A stretch of DNA of 64,000 nt from Octopus bimaculoides. Lineage: Eukaryota. The position numbers were made by a program, and so were the translations under genes. Positions 1 through 12,159 of the stretch are shown here, one piece after another. The stretch covers positions 173,707,644 to 173,771,643 of the forward strand of contig NC_068981.1 in NCBI RefSeq assembly GCF_001194135.2, given 5' to 3'. Positions within the stretch are counted from its first letter, which is position 1, and each line of letters starts with the position of its first letter. The notes under the pieces were generated by a model that was not told the origin of the DNA, ran no database searches, and saw nothing but the letters and a program-made list of their open reading frames with translations.

Positions 1-1204
1 ATATATATATATATAGTTTTCCCTTTTCCCCATAGTGTAAAATCAGTGCAGTCACAGTAAATACTATAAACATGGCAACATGCCTCCTCTGCAATATAAA
101 CCTCCAAGCTGCTTTACATTGAAATATTTCTGACTTGGAAAAATATAAAGATTGCACAAAAAGATAGTGAAAATAGGATGATTTCAAAATATTTTTGCTA
201 GCTAACTTAGACAAAGATAATTGCATCTTGTTTATCTTACTTGGAAAAAAAGACAAACCTATCACTTTTTAGTGATGTTATGTGGAATACAGGTGTCATA
301 TTAGAAATGTAGAAAAATATTGACTCAGCTGCACAGATGCAGCTATTTGAGAGATTTGGGTGTTTGTCTACTTGATAGAAAAGCTTGATAGTGCAGTGTG
401 CTACAAGCAATTGCACCTAACTCTCGGTGTCTTAGTTCACATAGCTTTTATTGTTTAGTAGCCACGTCAACCCTAATTGAGCAGATCTATGATCAAAAGC
501 ATTCTAACATGATTGTTTTATCCTTTTATTGTTACGTAGAACTATATCTTCCTATAATCATTTCCTCAACCAAGACAGCATGATGTGATTTGAGAGAGAT
601 TTGGCTATCATTTCTGACAAATACATAGAGGTTTCTTTGTTGGCTCATTTGCATATCTGCTAAAATGCAAATGAAAAGCTCACTGCTGTAATGAGTAGGA
701 AAACTGCATTACTGACGATTGTTTCATTAGCTTACAGTACTGAGTTCAAATCTCAGCAGAAAAAAACCCCACAATAGAATGGACTTTGCAATTTAGAGAA
801 GAAAACATCTCTCACCTTTTTAAGAGCTGTAAAGATTGGAATAAGTTCCATCATACTTTATCTCTGAATGCAAGGATCCTCTGAAGAACAAGTAATATGC
901 TCAAATATTGAAACTTTTATTCAGTTATTACTATGTAGAACAAATAATTGCTCCGCCTCTGCTTCATTTATTCCCCACATTAAGCAGTGAGTTGGCAGAA
1001 TCATTAAATCAGCATTTGTTATGGCTTTGTACTCAAAGCTTCCTTTCTCTGTTAGTCTGCCTGTAATTCACTACACCTCTTGTATATCCATAACTTTATA
1101 TTAGGTACAACATATGGAGTTTATGCCAACTCCTTTTCTACATAATGAAGGAAGCTATTTTTCTGAAGATATTAGGGTCCTGTCATCTTTCCTACTTATT
1201 AAAA

Positions 1205-1800
1205 CTTAAGTCTTTGCTAAATTTACCTTCAGTCCTCTCAATTCTATGTTTAGCTCCCGTGCTTGGAATTTCCTCCTTAATTGTCCTATAGATTCAGCTA
1301 TGAGAACTAGATCATCAGCATATAGGAGTTCCCCAACCTGAAGAACTACAATAGATAAGTGGGGATTGAAGACTGAGCTTTGATGAACTCCTATCTTCAT
1401 GCTAAATTCATTACTGAAATCATTGTTAACTCACACTTGCTGAATTTTTACAACACTCACAAGTCATTTATCTACACCTATTTTTCCTTGTCACCACCAA
1501 ATTACTGAACATGGTGTCATGTCAAACACCTTGTCCAAATCAATGAAAGCCAGGGATAGTAGCTTACTCTTAGCCAAGTATTTCTCCTGCAGTTGCCTCA
1601 CAAGGAAGATTGCATTTTGGTACCTCTTTCAAGCATGACGCCAAAGAGCATATTTTTTGGATCTATGCTGTCACAGATCACTTGTGTTCCTAAGACCATA
1701 AAAAAAATCATCTCTAAAGTTCATAATTTCCATTCATTTATTGTCCTATGGGTCAATGGCATAGTGAACATATGTGTTGATTAAATGTTCTTTGTTGAAT
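1205..1800 (-). mobile_element. Decayed RTE-clade LINE reverse transcriptase fragment
   Basis: Translates with frameshifts to AIFLVRQLQEKYLAK...GVHQSS...LLYADDLVLIAES...GLKVNLAKT. Confidence 0.85.
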
Positions 1801-2269
1801 TCAATCTTTGGAACAATGAATCTACATATACTATGTTCAAGCTGAATGAACAAGCAGCATCAAGTTCAAGAATAACTAATATGAGAATATCCCTGATGTA
1901 GACAATGGAATGTGAATAATCTAAGGCAATGGACTGAGTAGAGGGTTCAGTTTGAACTTCTGAGAATGTAGATGTAAGAGGTACTTGAAGAAGATTAGAG
2001 GTACATCAGCTGAAACAATATGACTTTAATAACCAAAATGAGGACATGGAGTCTAAAAAATAATATTCATCAGTAATCATGATTAGTTTGCTCCTTGCTA
2101 AACTCAATTTCATCTGTGGGAAGCATTATTTATGCCAGACTACCCAAGCAAAAATTTGCTTAGCACTATGGAAATTAGGTAAACAGTTCAATAGAGGGAT
2201 TTCTGCAAAAGAAAGCTGAGTGATAAAGAGAAATATTCACACTTATTCCTATTTAATCTATCTTTTATC

Positions 2270-2630
2270 TTTTGCCTGTGGCTGTGATGGGACACTGCCT
2301 TGAAGGGTTTTAGTCAATCGAATCAACTCCAGTACTTTTTTTTAAGTCTGGTACTTATTTTATTGATGCTATATGCCTAATCACTAAATTACAGAGATGT
2401 AAACAAACCCAATACCAGTTGTCAAACAGTGGTGAGGGACATACACAAAGACACATACATAAATATATATACAAGCTTCTTTCAGTTTCCATCCACCAAA
2501 TCCATTCACAAAGCTTTCTTTGGCCCAGAGCTATAGTAGAAAACATCTGCCTAAGGTATCACACAGTGAGTCGGAACCTGGAACCATGTGGTTGGGAAGC
2601 AAACTTTTTACCACACAGCCATGACTGCAT
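2270..2630 (-). mobile_element. tRNA-derived SINE family A (CORE-like domain, internal microsatellite), old copy
   Basis: Reverse complement of the family at 42929-43303. Confidence 0.8.
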
Positions 2631-2749
2631 ACACAGACACACACACACACATAAAGAGATATTAAGTCAACATTCTATTCACAATCAATAGATAGTTTTG
2701 ATATTCTTCTCAATAGTTTTACAGAAATTCTGTAATTAATGGTTTCAAA

Positions 2750-2945
2750 TTTTGGCTCAAGGTTAGCAATTTTAGGTTAGTGAGTTAACTGATTACATTC
2801 ACTCCAGTGCTCAACTGGTATTTATTCTATCAACCCTGAGAGGACGAAAAGTGAAGTCAACTTTGGCAGAATTTGAATTCAGAACATCAAGACAGACAAA
2901 ATGTTTAACAGTATTTCATCCGGCATGCAAACAATTCAGTGGTCA
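2750..2945 (-). mobile_element. tRNA-derived SINE family B, old copy (similar copies at ~4410-4625 -, ~4950-5160 +, ~7370-7560 -)
   Basis: Shares aaagtcaacctc/gaatttgaactcagaac/cactggggtcgatg blocks with the well-preserved copy at 34582-34818. Confidence 0.75.
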
Positions 2946-3749
2946 GCTGACCACTTTTTTTTTATATATACCCAGGCCTATTTCCCATATTCTTAGTAGT
3001 GGGTAGCCACAAGACACACACCAGGCATTCCATTCATGATCTCTCCAGTGAGTCAGTCTTGAGATTTGACCTCACACATTTTCCAATGTCTTCCTCTTTC
3101 ATGAGTACTCTCTATCAACTGCTCTTTTTCACAAGGTACTACTTGTTTTATATGTGGTCAGTCTTACAGTTCACTTATGGCCAGGCTTTCAAGCAGGTTA
3201 ATATTACACATCCACCAGATCATGCTCTCCTCCATACATCTTCTGTATTCAATAATGCTCTTATTATCATCTCATTTTTTACATTCTATTATTCAAACAT
3301 TATGCCTTTAATACGAAGGTGAACCTTTTATAGACAACAACTTTCTAATCGTTTTTCATTACCCTGGCAACTATGCTTTACATTGACCACTAATTAGATC
3401 ACCTAAGTAACTATCAACCACATTTAGTGAGCAGTCCATAATACAGTGTACAAGAAAGGAGACTGCACTGGATTGGTCATATGATGTGGATGGGTGAGGA
3501 AACTAGCATAAAAAAGTGTCAATCACTTAAAGTGAAGAAAAATTGTGGAAGAGGAAGGCCCAGAAAGACATGAGATGAAGTATTGAAGTTTGATCTCAGA
3601 ACACCAAGCCTTACAAAGGAAATGACAGAGGACTAAGATATGTGGCACACTGCAGCACTCAAGAAGACCTGCCCACCACAACAGAATTAAGATCCTAAGG
3701 CCAAGATGCCATGTAAATAGCATTGGTGTGGGTGTTGGTGCCATGCAAA

Positions 3750-3947
3750 AGTACTGGAGATGATGCCATGTAGAAAGCACCCAATACACTCATAAAGTAG
3801 CTGGTGTTAGGGAGGACAGCCAGTTGTAGAAACCAAACCAAAATGGACTATGGAACCCGATGTGACCCATGGCCTTGCCAGTTCCTGTCAAGCCATCCAA
3901 CCTATGCCAGTATGGAAAACAGACATTAAATGTTGATGATGATGATG
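3750..3947 (+). mobile_element. RTE-type 3' tail fragment ending in (GAT)n
   Basis: aagcacc...ttagg..g.acagccag...ccaacc.atgccagtatggaaaacagacattaaatgttgatgatgatg. Confidence 0.75.
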
Positions 3948-4638
3948 TACTTCTAGTGCTTACTATTCCTGTACAGTATCACATTTAAATGCCTGGTTCT
4001 GTCAACCTGCTGCAAATCACACACTCTTTGTTACTACCATGCTAGTCTTTACTTTGTGTGCCTTAAATCATGCTCTAGACCGTTAAACTATATTTTCCAG
4101 GGGTTTTTTTTTGTTCTGAAATTAACCAACAGATTCTATCATGAAAATGAGGTCATCAACAAATAAAAGTTCCCAAGGACAACTGTGAAAGTGAGATTCT
4201 GACACTTTTGTAACATTGACATAATTCTGATAGCATTATTATATGAAACAATGAGGAAAACAGCTAAACGGAAAGAATGACACTTCCAAAACCTGTATTT
4301 CTAGAAATCATAAGCAAAATCCAAAGTTTGTGTTAAATTAGTGTCTAAAATTAGCTACAATACAATTATCACAAAATAACACAAGATAAATAAATTAGCT
4401 ATATTGAAATTATAGTTTCAGTTTTTGACACAAGGCCAGCGGTTTGGGGATAGGAGTAAGTCAACTACATCAACCCCAGTGCTCAACTGGTACTTCTATC
4501 ATCAACCCCAAAAGGACGAAAGGCAAAGTTGACCTCTTGTGGCATTTGAACTCAGAACATAAAGTTGGAAGAAATGCCACTAAACATTTTGTCTGGCATA
4601 GTAATGATTTTGCCATCTTGTAGCCTTAAGCTACATTG

Positions 4639-4855
4639 CAGTGGTTTTCAACCAGGATCCATTTAAGATTTTGTTGTTAAAATTCATTTGCAATAAAACT
4701 TCTACAATACACAACATATTTAAGCAATTTTTCATATAATTCCTAATATTTAATCATAAAATATGATAGCTGTTTTTAGACATTGAAGGACAATTAGGGT
4801 TCTCCCTCCCTCAAAGGGGTCCATAAAAAAAAAAAAAAATGGTTGAGAACCACTG
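4639..4855. mobile_element. hAT (Charlie-like) MITE; similar decayed copies at ~26510-26782 and ~30165-30466
   Basis: TIRs CAGTGGTTTTCAACC / GGTTGAGAACCACTG with an imperfect 8-bp TSD (CTACATTG / CTATAATG). Confidence 0.8.
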
Positions 4856-5841
4856 CTATAATGAAATGATAAACATTTAAAATTCAACAATGCGATGTAC
4901 TGTCAAGTTGTCTCCCTTGCAGATGTTACAGCAAGACTATTTTCCCTCATCTTAGGATGCTGGATTGACAAAATCGTTAGTGCTGAACAAAATGCTTTGC
5001 AATATTTGTTTGGAGTTCAAATCCTGCCCAGATGATTTGATGATTTTTGCCTTTCATCCTTCTGGAGTCAATAAAGCACCAGTCAAGTACTAAGGTCAAT
5101 ATAATCGAATGAAACCCACTCCCAAATTCATGGCCATGTGCCTATATAAGAAATAATTTTGTTGCATTTTCATAAAACAAGCAAAACTTGACTGGGAAAA
5201 ATCTTCCTAAAGTGTTTCTACCAAGCTGTCATTTCAATTCAAATATATTTTAATGAACATTCATGTGATATTTTATAGCTTTCATTTTGTCAGTTTTTTT
5301 TGTCCTGTTGATGTCAGTCTACTTTTCATTCCCACCATTCTTTCTTTAGTCTCTCATTTAGCAAAGCTGATAAACTTAATACCTCAGTAATTTTCAAACA
5401 CTTTTGTAAAGTAGAATATAACAGACTGAGAATGGTTTGATTGAATATCCCATTTCCATAACAATTCATCCTGTATTACTCAAACTTCTAGTTTACCCAC
5501 AACTAAGAGTTTCAGTGCAATCACAGTTCATCAACCTTTAAGCAAAAAATAGAAAGAAAACCTATTCACACTGATGGATAGATGGTCCAGTGAGAGCCCT
5601 CTTACAATGTCAATGATAGATAATTGACTCAGACCTGGTCTCAGTTGGGGGAACAACTGGACTTGTGGTTTTTATAGTAAGGTATAACTAAAGCTGGCTT
5701 TGTATGATACAATCATTATGGAGAAGAGAAAATAGTCTTCTCATTACTCAGCTAGAAAAAAAAAATATAGGCGAGGCAGTCAAAGTTACACTGGTAGAGC
5801 ATACAGAACATCTAGACATGAACAAAACACTAAATAGCCTT

Positions 5842-6060
5842 ATTTACATTCAACGGATATTTGTCCTCATCTTGTTTGTTGTTAAACACAACGTTTCAGC
5901 TGATATACCCTCCAGCCTTCTTCAGGTGTCTTGGGGAAATTTCGAACCTAGGTTCTCGTTCCTAAGGTATTTTTTGATGTTATTATTATTATTGTTCAGG
6001 TCACTGCTTGGAATCTTGAGGTTAGTAGCCCGCACTCTTAACCACTACGCCATATGCCCA
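5842..6060 (-). mobile_element. tRNA-headed SINE carrying a hammerhead motif, copy 1 (left arm of palindrome)
   Basis: Reverse complement reads ggcatatggcgtagtggttaagagtgcgggctactaacc...gacacCTGAAGAaggctggagggtatatcagctGAAACgttgtgtt...aatgtaaataa. Confidence 0.8.
5885..5930 (-). ncRNA. Minimal type I hammerhead ribozyme motif (G-U at base of stem II)
   Basis: Stem I GACAC/GTGTT, CTGAAGA (5925-5919), stem II GGCTG/CAGCT, then GAAACGTT. Confidence 0.6.
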
Positions 6061-6061
6061 T

Positions 6062-6280
6062 GAGCATATGGCATAGTGGTTAACAGTGCAGGCTACTAAC
6101 CCCAAGATTCCAAGCAGTGACTTGAACAATAATAATAATAACAGCATTGAAAAATACCTTAGGAATGAGAACCCAGGTTCGAAATTTCCCAGAGACATCT
6201 GAAGAAGGCTGGAGAGTATATCAGCCGAAACGTTGTGTTAACAACAAAGATGAAGACAAATATCCGTTGAATGCAAATAA
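6062..6280 (+). mobile_element. tRNA-headed SINE carrying a hammerhead motif, copy 2 (right arm of palindrome)
   Basis: Same family as copy 1 in the opposite orientation; the heads abut at CATG 6059-6062. Confidence 0.8.
6194..6239 (+). ncRNA. Minimal type I hammerhead ribozyme motif (Penelope-like-element type)
   Basis: Stem I GACAT/GTGTT; core CTGAAGA at 6199-6205 plus an extra A; stem II GGCTG/CAGCC; GAAA at 6227-6230; palindromic AACGTT in place of stem III. Predicted cleavage after GUU at 6234. Confidence 0.65.
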
Positions 6281-8919
6281 TTCCTCATCTCTTTAATATA
6301 GAACTGTACTAAATAGCCTTCTTTAAATAACAGGCAAAATGCTGAAGAGAATGTTGTATTGTCCAGACAATGTTGTGCACTTAAGGTATGTTTAATGGAT
6401 TACAAGTTGTATACTGTACAGAATGGCTAGTTTCAGGTGTGGTTTGTCAGCTCACCTGTATGATGAGTACCTGGGCCATGGCTTTTTTTAAGATCATTCC
6501 TCCTTGTACAATAACTGTTTCTGAAATCTGATGAAACCCATCTATTCAGTGGCAGACATAAATATTTGATTTATAATTAGAACTTCTTAAATAAAAAATA
6601 ATATTCTATGTTAGCCAAATTCATCTTACTAATACCAGTCATCCTTCAAGGATATGTTGTAATTCTGACATTTTTTTCCAGATTGTCAATGAAAATTTAA
6701 TCAATTTAACCATCACCTCCAACTTTCCTATGTTTGCATGTTTTCTTTATTTTAAAGCTTATTTTTTAATGACTGAATGTTTTTCATAATGCTAACCCCT
6801 AATCTATTTTGCAAGGTATGAAGCTGAAGCAAGCAGAGTTATGTACCTTGTCAAGTTCAGTATTACAGCACGAGCAGTATGATATTAACTCTAGATAATC
6901 CTGAGTGTATCTTGATTGTAAAAAAGGAACACCAGACACTGGCATGCTGTAAAATTAAAAAGCTGACAGTAGAAATGATGATCACTGTCTAACATCTTAA
7001 TACATTAGAAGTCATTATTTGGTAGCTCACCCAGCTAGATATAGCAGCCAAAATATCCTTCGAATTATATTTTATTATCTTCAAAGAACAAAGGTACACT
7101 GGAAAATGCATTCTCTGAGATATACACAGAAGCAATTGTCATCGTTTGGATGAAACAAACAACGTTACAGATAATCCAAACCAGAATGTATCGGAATATA
7201 TATTGGTATTTAAATAACTTAATTTTAATGTCAAATGAGCTAAAGGAGAGATAATTGACCTATGGATGTCAACTAATCTTTTGAAGGACATTATAAAATT
7301 TCCCAAAGCTCTCTTGAAAACTATCATTAAATCAAGTTTGACAAAATATTTTCGCAATAAGTTTCAAATTTTGACACAAGGCCAGTAATTTTAGGGGAGG
7401 GAGATAGTTGATTGCATCGACCTGTACTCAATTGGTACTTACTTTATTGGCTCCAAAAGGATGAGAGGCAAAGTCAACCTCTTTGAATTTAAACTCAGAA
7501 TGTAATGATTTGAAAGAAATACTAAGCATTTTGTCAGTCACTTTAGCAATTCTGCTGGTTCAAAACCCTCAAAATATTTTCACAATATCAAAACTCAATT
7601 TTACTGTTGCGGCCAAGTCAAACTGTTTTGTGTTTTATGAATAGTATTGGGATGCATCTCTAGAAAAGATGACAAACCGCTCTTGCTTACTCAATTAACT
7701 GAAATTAAAATAGATACCATGCTAATGCTAAAGGTAGCAAGAGCATAGTGTAACTGAAGAGTGGATTATTAGCTTAAGTATTCAGCTCTAATCCTCCTCC
7801 TCCTCCTCTACCCATCAGTGACTAAAGTAGAAATGGTTTGACCAGTTTTATCATTTTATCCAAAAACGGCCAAAAGCAGTATCCAGATGACTTAATATTG
7901 AATCAGAACCATCAACTAATGAATAAATACACTACTGTATAAATTCATATATAAGTCACACACACTTTATATTTGGCTTCAGCCTTTCTCTCATACATGT
8001 CTCAAATTGCTTTTCCTGAATAAAATTTGCACATTTAGCTGAAATAATCCAAATCATTGCTAATACAGTCTAGCAGTCTCAGAACCAGCTATCATAGCAA
8101 TGTGTCTTTGTAACCTGCATCTGGAACAAACCAAGCACTTTTAAACTTTCAGTCTTGATTGACCAACAAATTTCACATCTAATGGACATTAAGCATACAG
8201 TTGGCCAACAAAAAACTGTACATATGTATGTATATCTTGACATCACATGACAGTTGAAAGCAAGTGCAGCCATCATTCAAGTAGTGTCAGGTTTCAAATC
8301 TATTGACATGCTTACACATGTCTGGCCTTGAGAAAATATTATCTTGCTTGGGAACATGTGAGGGTTGGTGAGAGGAAGTACATCTGGCTGTAGAAAATCT
8401 GCCTTAACAAATTCTGACCTACGCAGCATGGGAAAAGTAGATGCAAAACAATAATGATAATGAACATTATTAAAAACACATTTACAATGACTTTATGACT
8501 CCTCAGAATTATTATTGACAGTCTATTGGTCAATCACTGCTATCAGTTCAGTGATGTAATGCTAGCTTACTTCTATTCATAAATCTTGGGGAACCAGTGT
8601 AATATTATACTTGCATCAATGAATAGCTACAATATGTTTGTTTTAAAAATATGCATATGACAAAGAAGTCCATTCAAGCATAATTCACATACCTAAATAT
8701 ATAATTCTCTAATTTTTATATGGTGAACGGCATATTGTTTAGCACATTTTGGTTTTGGAATTTTCTTAAATGCTTCTCTTTAATTCTAATTGTCCCACTA
8801 ATTTTTCCAACATATAGACCTCTCTCAACTGTACAATTTTCATGCTATTCAGCATATTTAATAAAATGCAGCTTAAAACCAATCTCATAACTTGATCTCT
8901 TGCTTTTAATGCTTTACTT

Positions 8920-9310
8920 TGCTTCTTTTATCTTGTTTCAGTCATTAGACCGTGGCCATGCTGGGGCACAGCCTTGAAAAATTTCTAGTCGAATGAATCA
9001 ACTCCAGTACTTATTTTTTTAAGCTTGTTACTTATTCTATTGGTCTCTTTTGCCAAACCACTAAGTTGTGGAGATGTAAACACCAACACCGTTTGTCAAG
9101 CAGTGGTGGGGGACAAACACAAAGACACTCAAACACACACATATATATATATATGACAGGCTTCTTTCAGTTTCCATCTACCAAATCCACTCACAAGGTT
9201 TTGGTTAGCCTGACACTAGTAAGAGACACTTGCCCAAGGTGCTATGCAGTGGGACTGAACCCAGAACCATGTGGTTGGGAAGCAAACTTCTTACCACACA
9301 GTCACTCCTG
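8920..9310 (-). mobile_element. SINE family A copy
   Basis: Full-length reverse complement with tRNA-like head at ~9290-9310, CORE-like block and cagtcattagaccgtggccatgctgg tail. Confidence 0.85.
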
Positions 9311-9803
9311 CACCTTTTTATATAAAAAACAGAATAAACTTTTTTAAAGATTTCTACCAAGAAATCTATACATGTAGATATGAAAAGTTTAGACAGATAT
9401 GAGTAATAGAATATGCATATCATTAAAAGGGCATACATTTGGTAGCGAAATTGAATTCATGTTTTTCAAATGATATATTTGTCTGCACCGTCAATATTCA
9501 TATAAACAATGTAGTGACATGATCAATCATTTCTCTATCTGTGTGTGTGCATGCGTGCATGAATTTTGAAGGTTCAGTAAGTTGCACATGTTCCTTTATA
9601 CTTCTTTGTTTAAAAACAAAGAATTTTTATTTCTAAGTACGTCATATATGTTAGCATCAAACAAGACTTCTTGCAATAGATCAAAAGATCTTCATAATTC
9701 ACACAGTTGAGTTAATCTTAAGCAATTATCTTCGCGAATTGCACCACATTTAACATAAGACATTTGATATTATCCTACAATCCTAATTCTACTTTAAAAT
9801 AGA

Positions 9804-9834
<31 letters not shown>

Positions 9835-10419
9835 ACACATACATAGATGTAATTGTCACAACTTTATTCAACTATTCCACTGTACAAATCTAGGAAAAGC
9901 AGCACAAATTAATGATACAGCTAATTCTAAATGGAATCTTGAATTAAACACAAAACATTATCACATCAAAACTAATCCCACACTTTCATTAACTTCCTGT
10001 GCATTATACCAATAAATCTTCTGCAGGTTATGTGGTAGTTATTCTCTCAATTCTATACTTACAGAAGTCAAAGTCAGCCAATATCTGAAACAAATCTTAG
10101 AATTATTTCAGCAAACATCTAAAATAATTTTCATATTCCTAAACCTTTTTGAAAATGATCAACAGCCTTTGGATCTCAAAACAAACACATTCTATATTCA
10201 GGAAAGCTGAGCTGCAGCTGATCTAGTCTACAGAAATGTTAATAAGAAAATGAAGGACACAACCTATAAGTCTACAAGGTGTTGGTTTGGAACCATTGAG
10301 GTGAAGACAATTGTAAATGGGGCTGATTCAGCTAGTTTCTTATTTAGAAAAAAGTTCTATATTAGGTACTGTTCTCCATTAAATAGGAACACTGCATAGT
10401 TGGCAATTGTTTTCTGGCC

Positions 10420-10812
10420 TCTCTGTCTCTCTCTAACCTTTCATCATCTGACACAAGATCACCTCCTCCAATGTCGCCTCCCCTCTCAAAATTCCTTGTC
10501 TTGCAAGTTACTTGGTGACTCTGCTGGTGCTGGTGCCATGTAAAAAGCATCTAGTCCACACTGTAAAGTGGTTGGCACTTGGAAGGGCATCCAGCAGTAA
10601 AAACCATGCCTAAACTGACCTTGACTGTGCTGGTGCCACATAAAAAGTACTCAGCCCACTCTGTGAGGTTGTTGGTTTTAGGAAGGGCATCCAGCTGTAA
10701 AAACCATGCCAAAACAGACACAGTAGCCTGGTGTAGTCTTCTGCCTGGCTGGCTCCTGTCAACTATTATACCCATGCATGCATGGAAGACAGGAGGATGA
10801 TGATGATGATAC
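10420..10812 (+). mobile_element. Pyrimidine-rich body plus RTE-type tail element, with an internal ~105-bp tandem duplication
   Basis: Two consecutive gtgctggtgcca..taaaaag..gaagggcatccagc.gtaaaaaccatgcc modules; (GAT)n end. Confidence 0.75.
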
Positions 10813-11051
10813 TACTCTGTCAATTGTAATGCTTATAAATTCATATTGTTTTGAATTAATGCATTATCTCACCGGCTCCAGTGAAACTGTCCAACCCACG
10901 CCAGCATAGAAAGCAGATATTAAATGATGGTGATGATGACAGTTACCTTATCCAAAACAGAAATATTTTTCTCTTGCTAAAAACCTGTTAAATATAATTT
11001 AAGTCTCAATAATTATTTAAATAAAAAAGACAAACACAAGCATACATTAAA

Positions 11052-11341
11052 TTATATATATTTAAATATTATATCTTTTTTATCTTTAACTGTCTGTATT
11101 TCCAGTCTGATAGGGCATTTTAAGATGTAACTAAGCATTTCTTCAGTGTAGCCTTGCAAAAAGTATATTTTTTGTGGTAAGAGATTTTGGGAAATTAATG
11201 CTGCAACGACAATTAAATTATGGCGCCTCTTTATTATAACATCTGACATGAGTAACCGAGGCCATGTACCGTGCATAAATCGACGAATAAAGATATCATC
11301 AACTGTGATTTCAGAAGTTCTTCCTTCATCAAGAAGAGTGG
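11052..11341 (-). CDS. MRPS24: MRPS24 coding exon 3 (STLLDEGRTSEITVDDIFIRRFMHGTWP...YFLQGYTEEMLSYILKCPIRLEIQTVKDKKDIIFKYI*)
   Basis: ttctctttcag acceptor; phase 1 (T+CC=Ser); stop TAA at 11054-11052. Strong resemblance to the uS3m C-terminal half (human DVFLRKFMWGTFPG...[26 protein letters not shown]...YKYL). Total CDS 525 nt = 174 aa. Confidence 0.95.
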
Positions 11342-12159
11342 CTGAAAGAGAAGAAAACAAAGACTAAGTCAAGTTCAGTATAAATATTTTTATGGGTAAA
11401 ATGAATTTAAATGTCATTAGAGGCAAAAGTGACAAAGTGAGTACGTATTTAAATTATTAATACTCATTTTCTTACTGGGCAGTTTTGTTCTGAAATCCTT
11501 AAGACAATAAGTCTACAAAAGATTTGTGTTCTATTGGAAAGCAAAGATATCTCTTAGACAATACATAAAAAAGAGAGTTCCAACACACCACATCAGACAG
11601 TAACAGGGGTGAATAAAAGAAGCAAAATTTAAAACATACACACACATACATAGTATAACTGAGAAAGTGTCACTCTTTAAATTGACCTAAGTCTTAGAAA
11701 CAAGCAATACATTTATTCATTCAGATAAAAGAAAACATTATCATTAGCATTTTAAGATTGGCTTCTCCATGCTGGCATGGCTTGGCTACGTCTGCAGTAC
11801 AGCATGTCATCATGATTCTTGAGATCTTACCTTTACTCTAGAACTCTCCAATGAACACTCATCATCTCATCACATGACATGTCCATACTAAGGAAACCAT
11901 CTCATGTATACTTCAGCTGGGTTTTTTTTTTTTACCAATCCTGTGCTGTGCCTTCTGTACAAATTATGTTGGATATCAAACCAATCATTCACTCTCTGCA
12001 GTCTTTCCAGTCATATCAATCCATTATCTCTCCTTTTACACAAGCTTCATTACAGTCTGTCTTTAGCATGGAAAGAGAGGGAGTAAGAAGAGAAAGAGAG
12101 AAAGAAAACGTTTGCTGGTGTGTAGTCCTTGCTTCTCATGTAGTGGTTGACTGAACAAA

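Noticed and set aside
5606-5687. Minus-strand exon candidate (ctttag...ATT|gtaaga)
   Set aside because: Stops in all three frames and a weak acceptor.
6527-6540. Additional hammerhead cores at CTGATGA sites (6527, ~60354)
   Set aside because: No stem II followed by GAAA.
7691-7698. 8-nt minus-strand microexon (tttcag|TTAATTGA|gtaagc)
   Set aside because: Such signals arise by chance in AT-rich DNA; no identifiable host gene.
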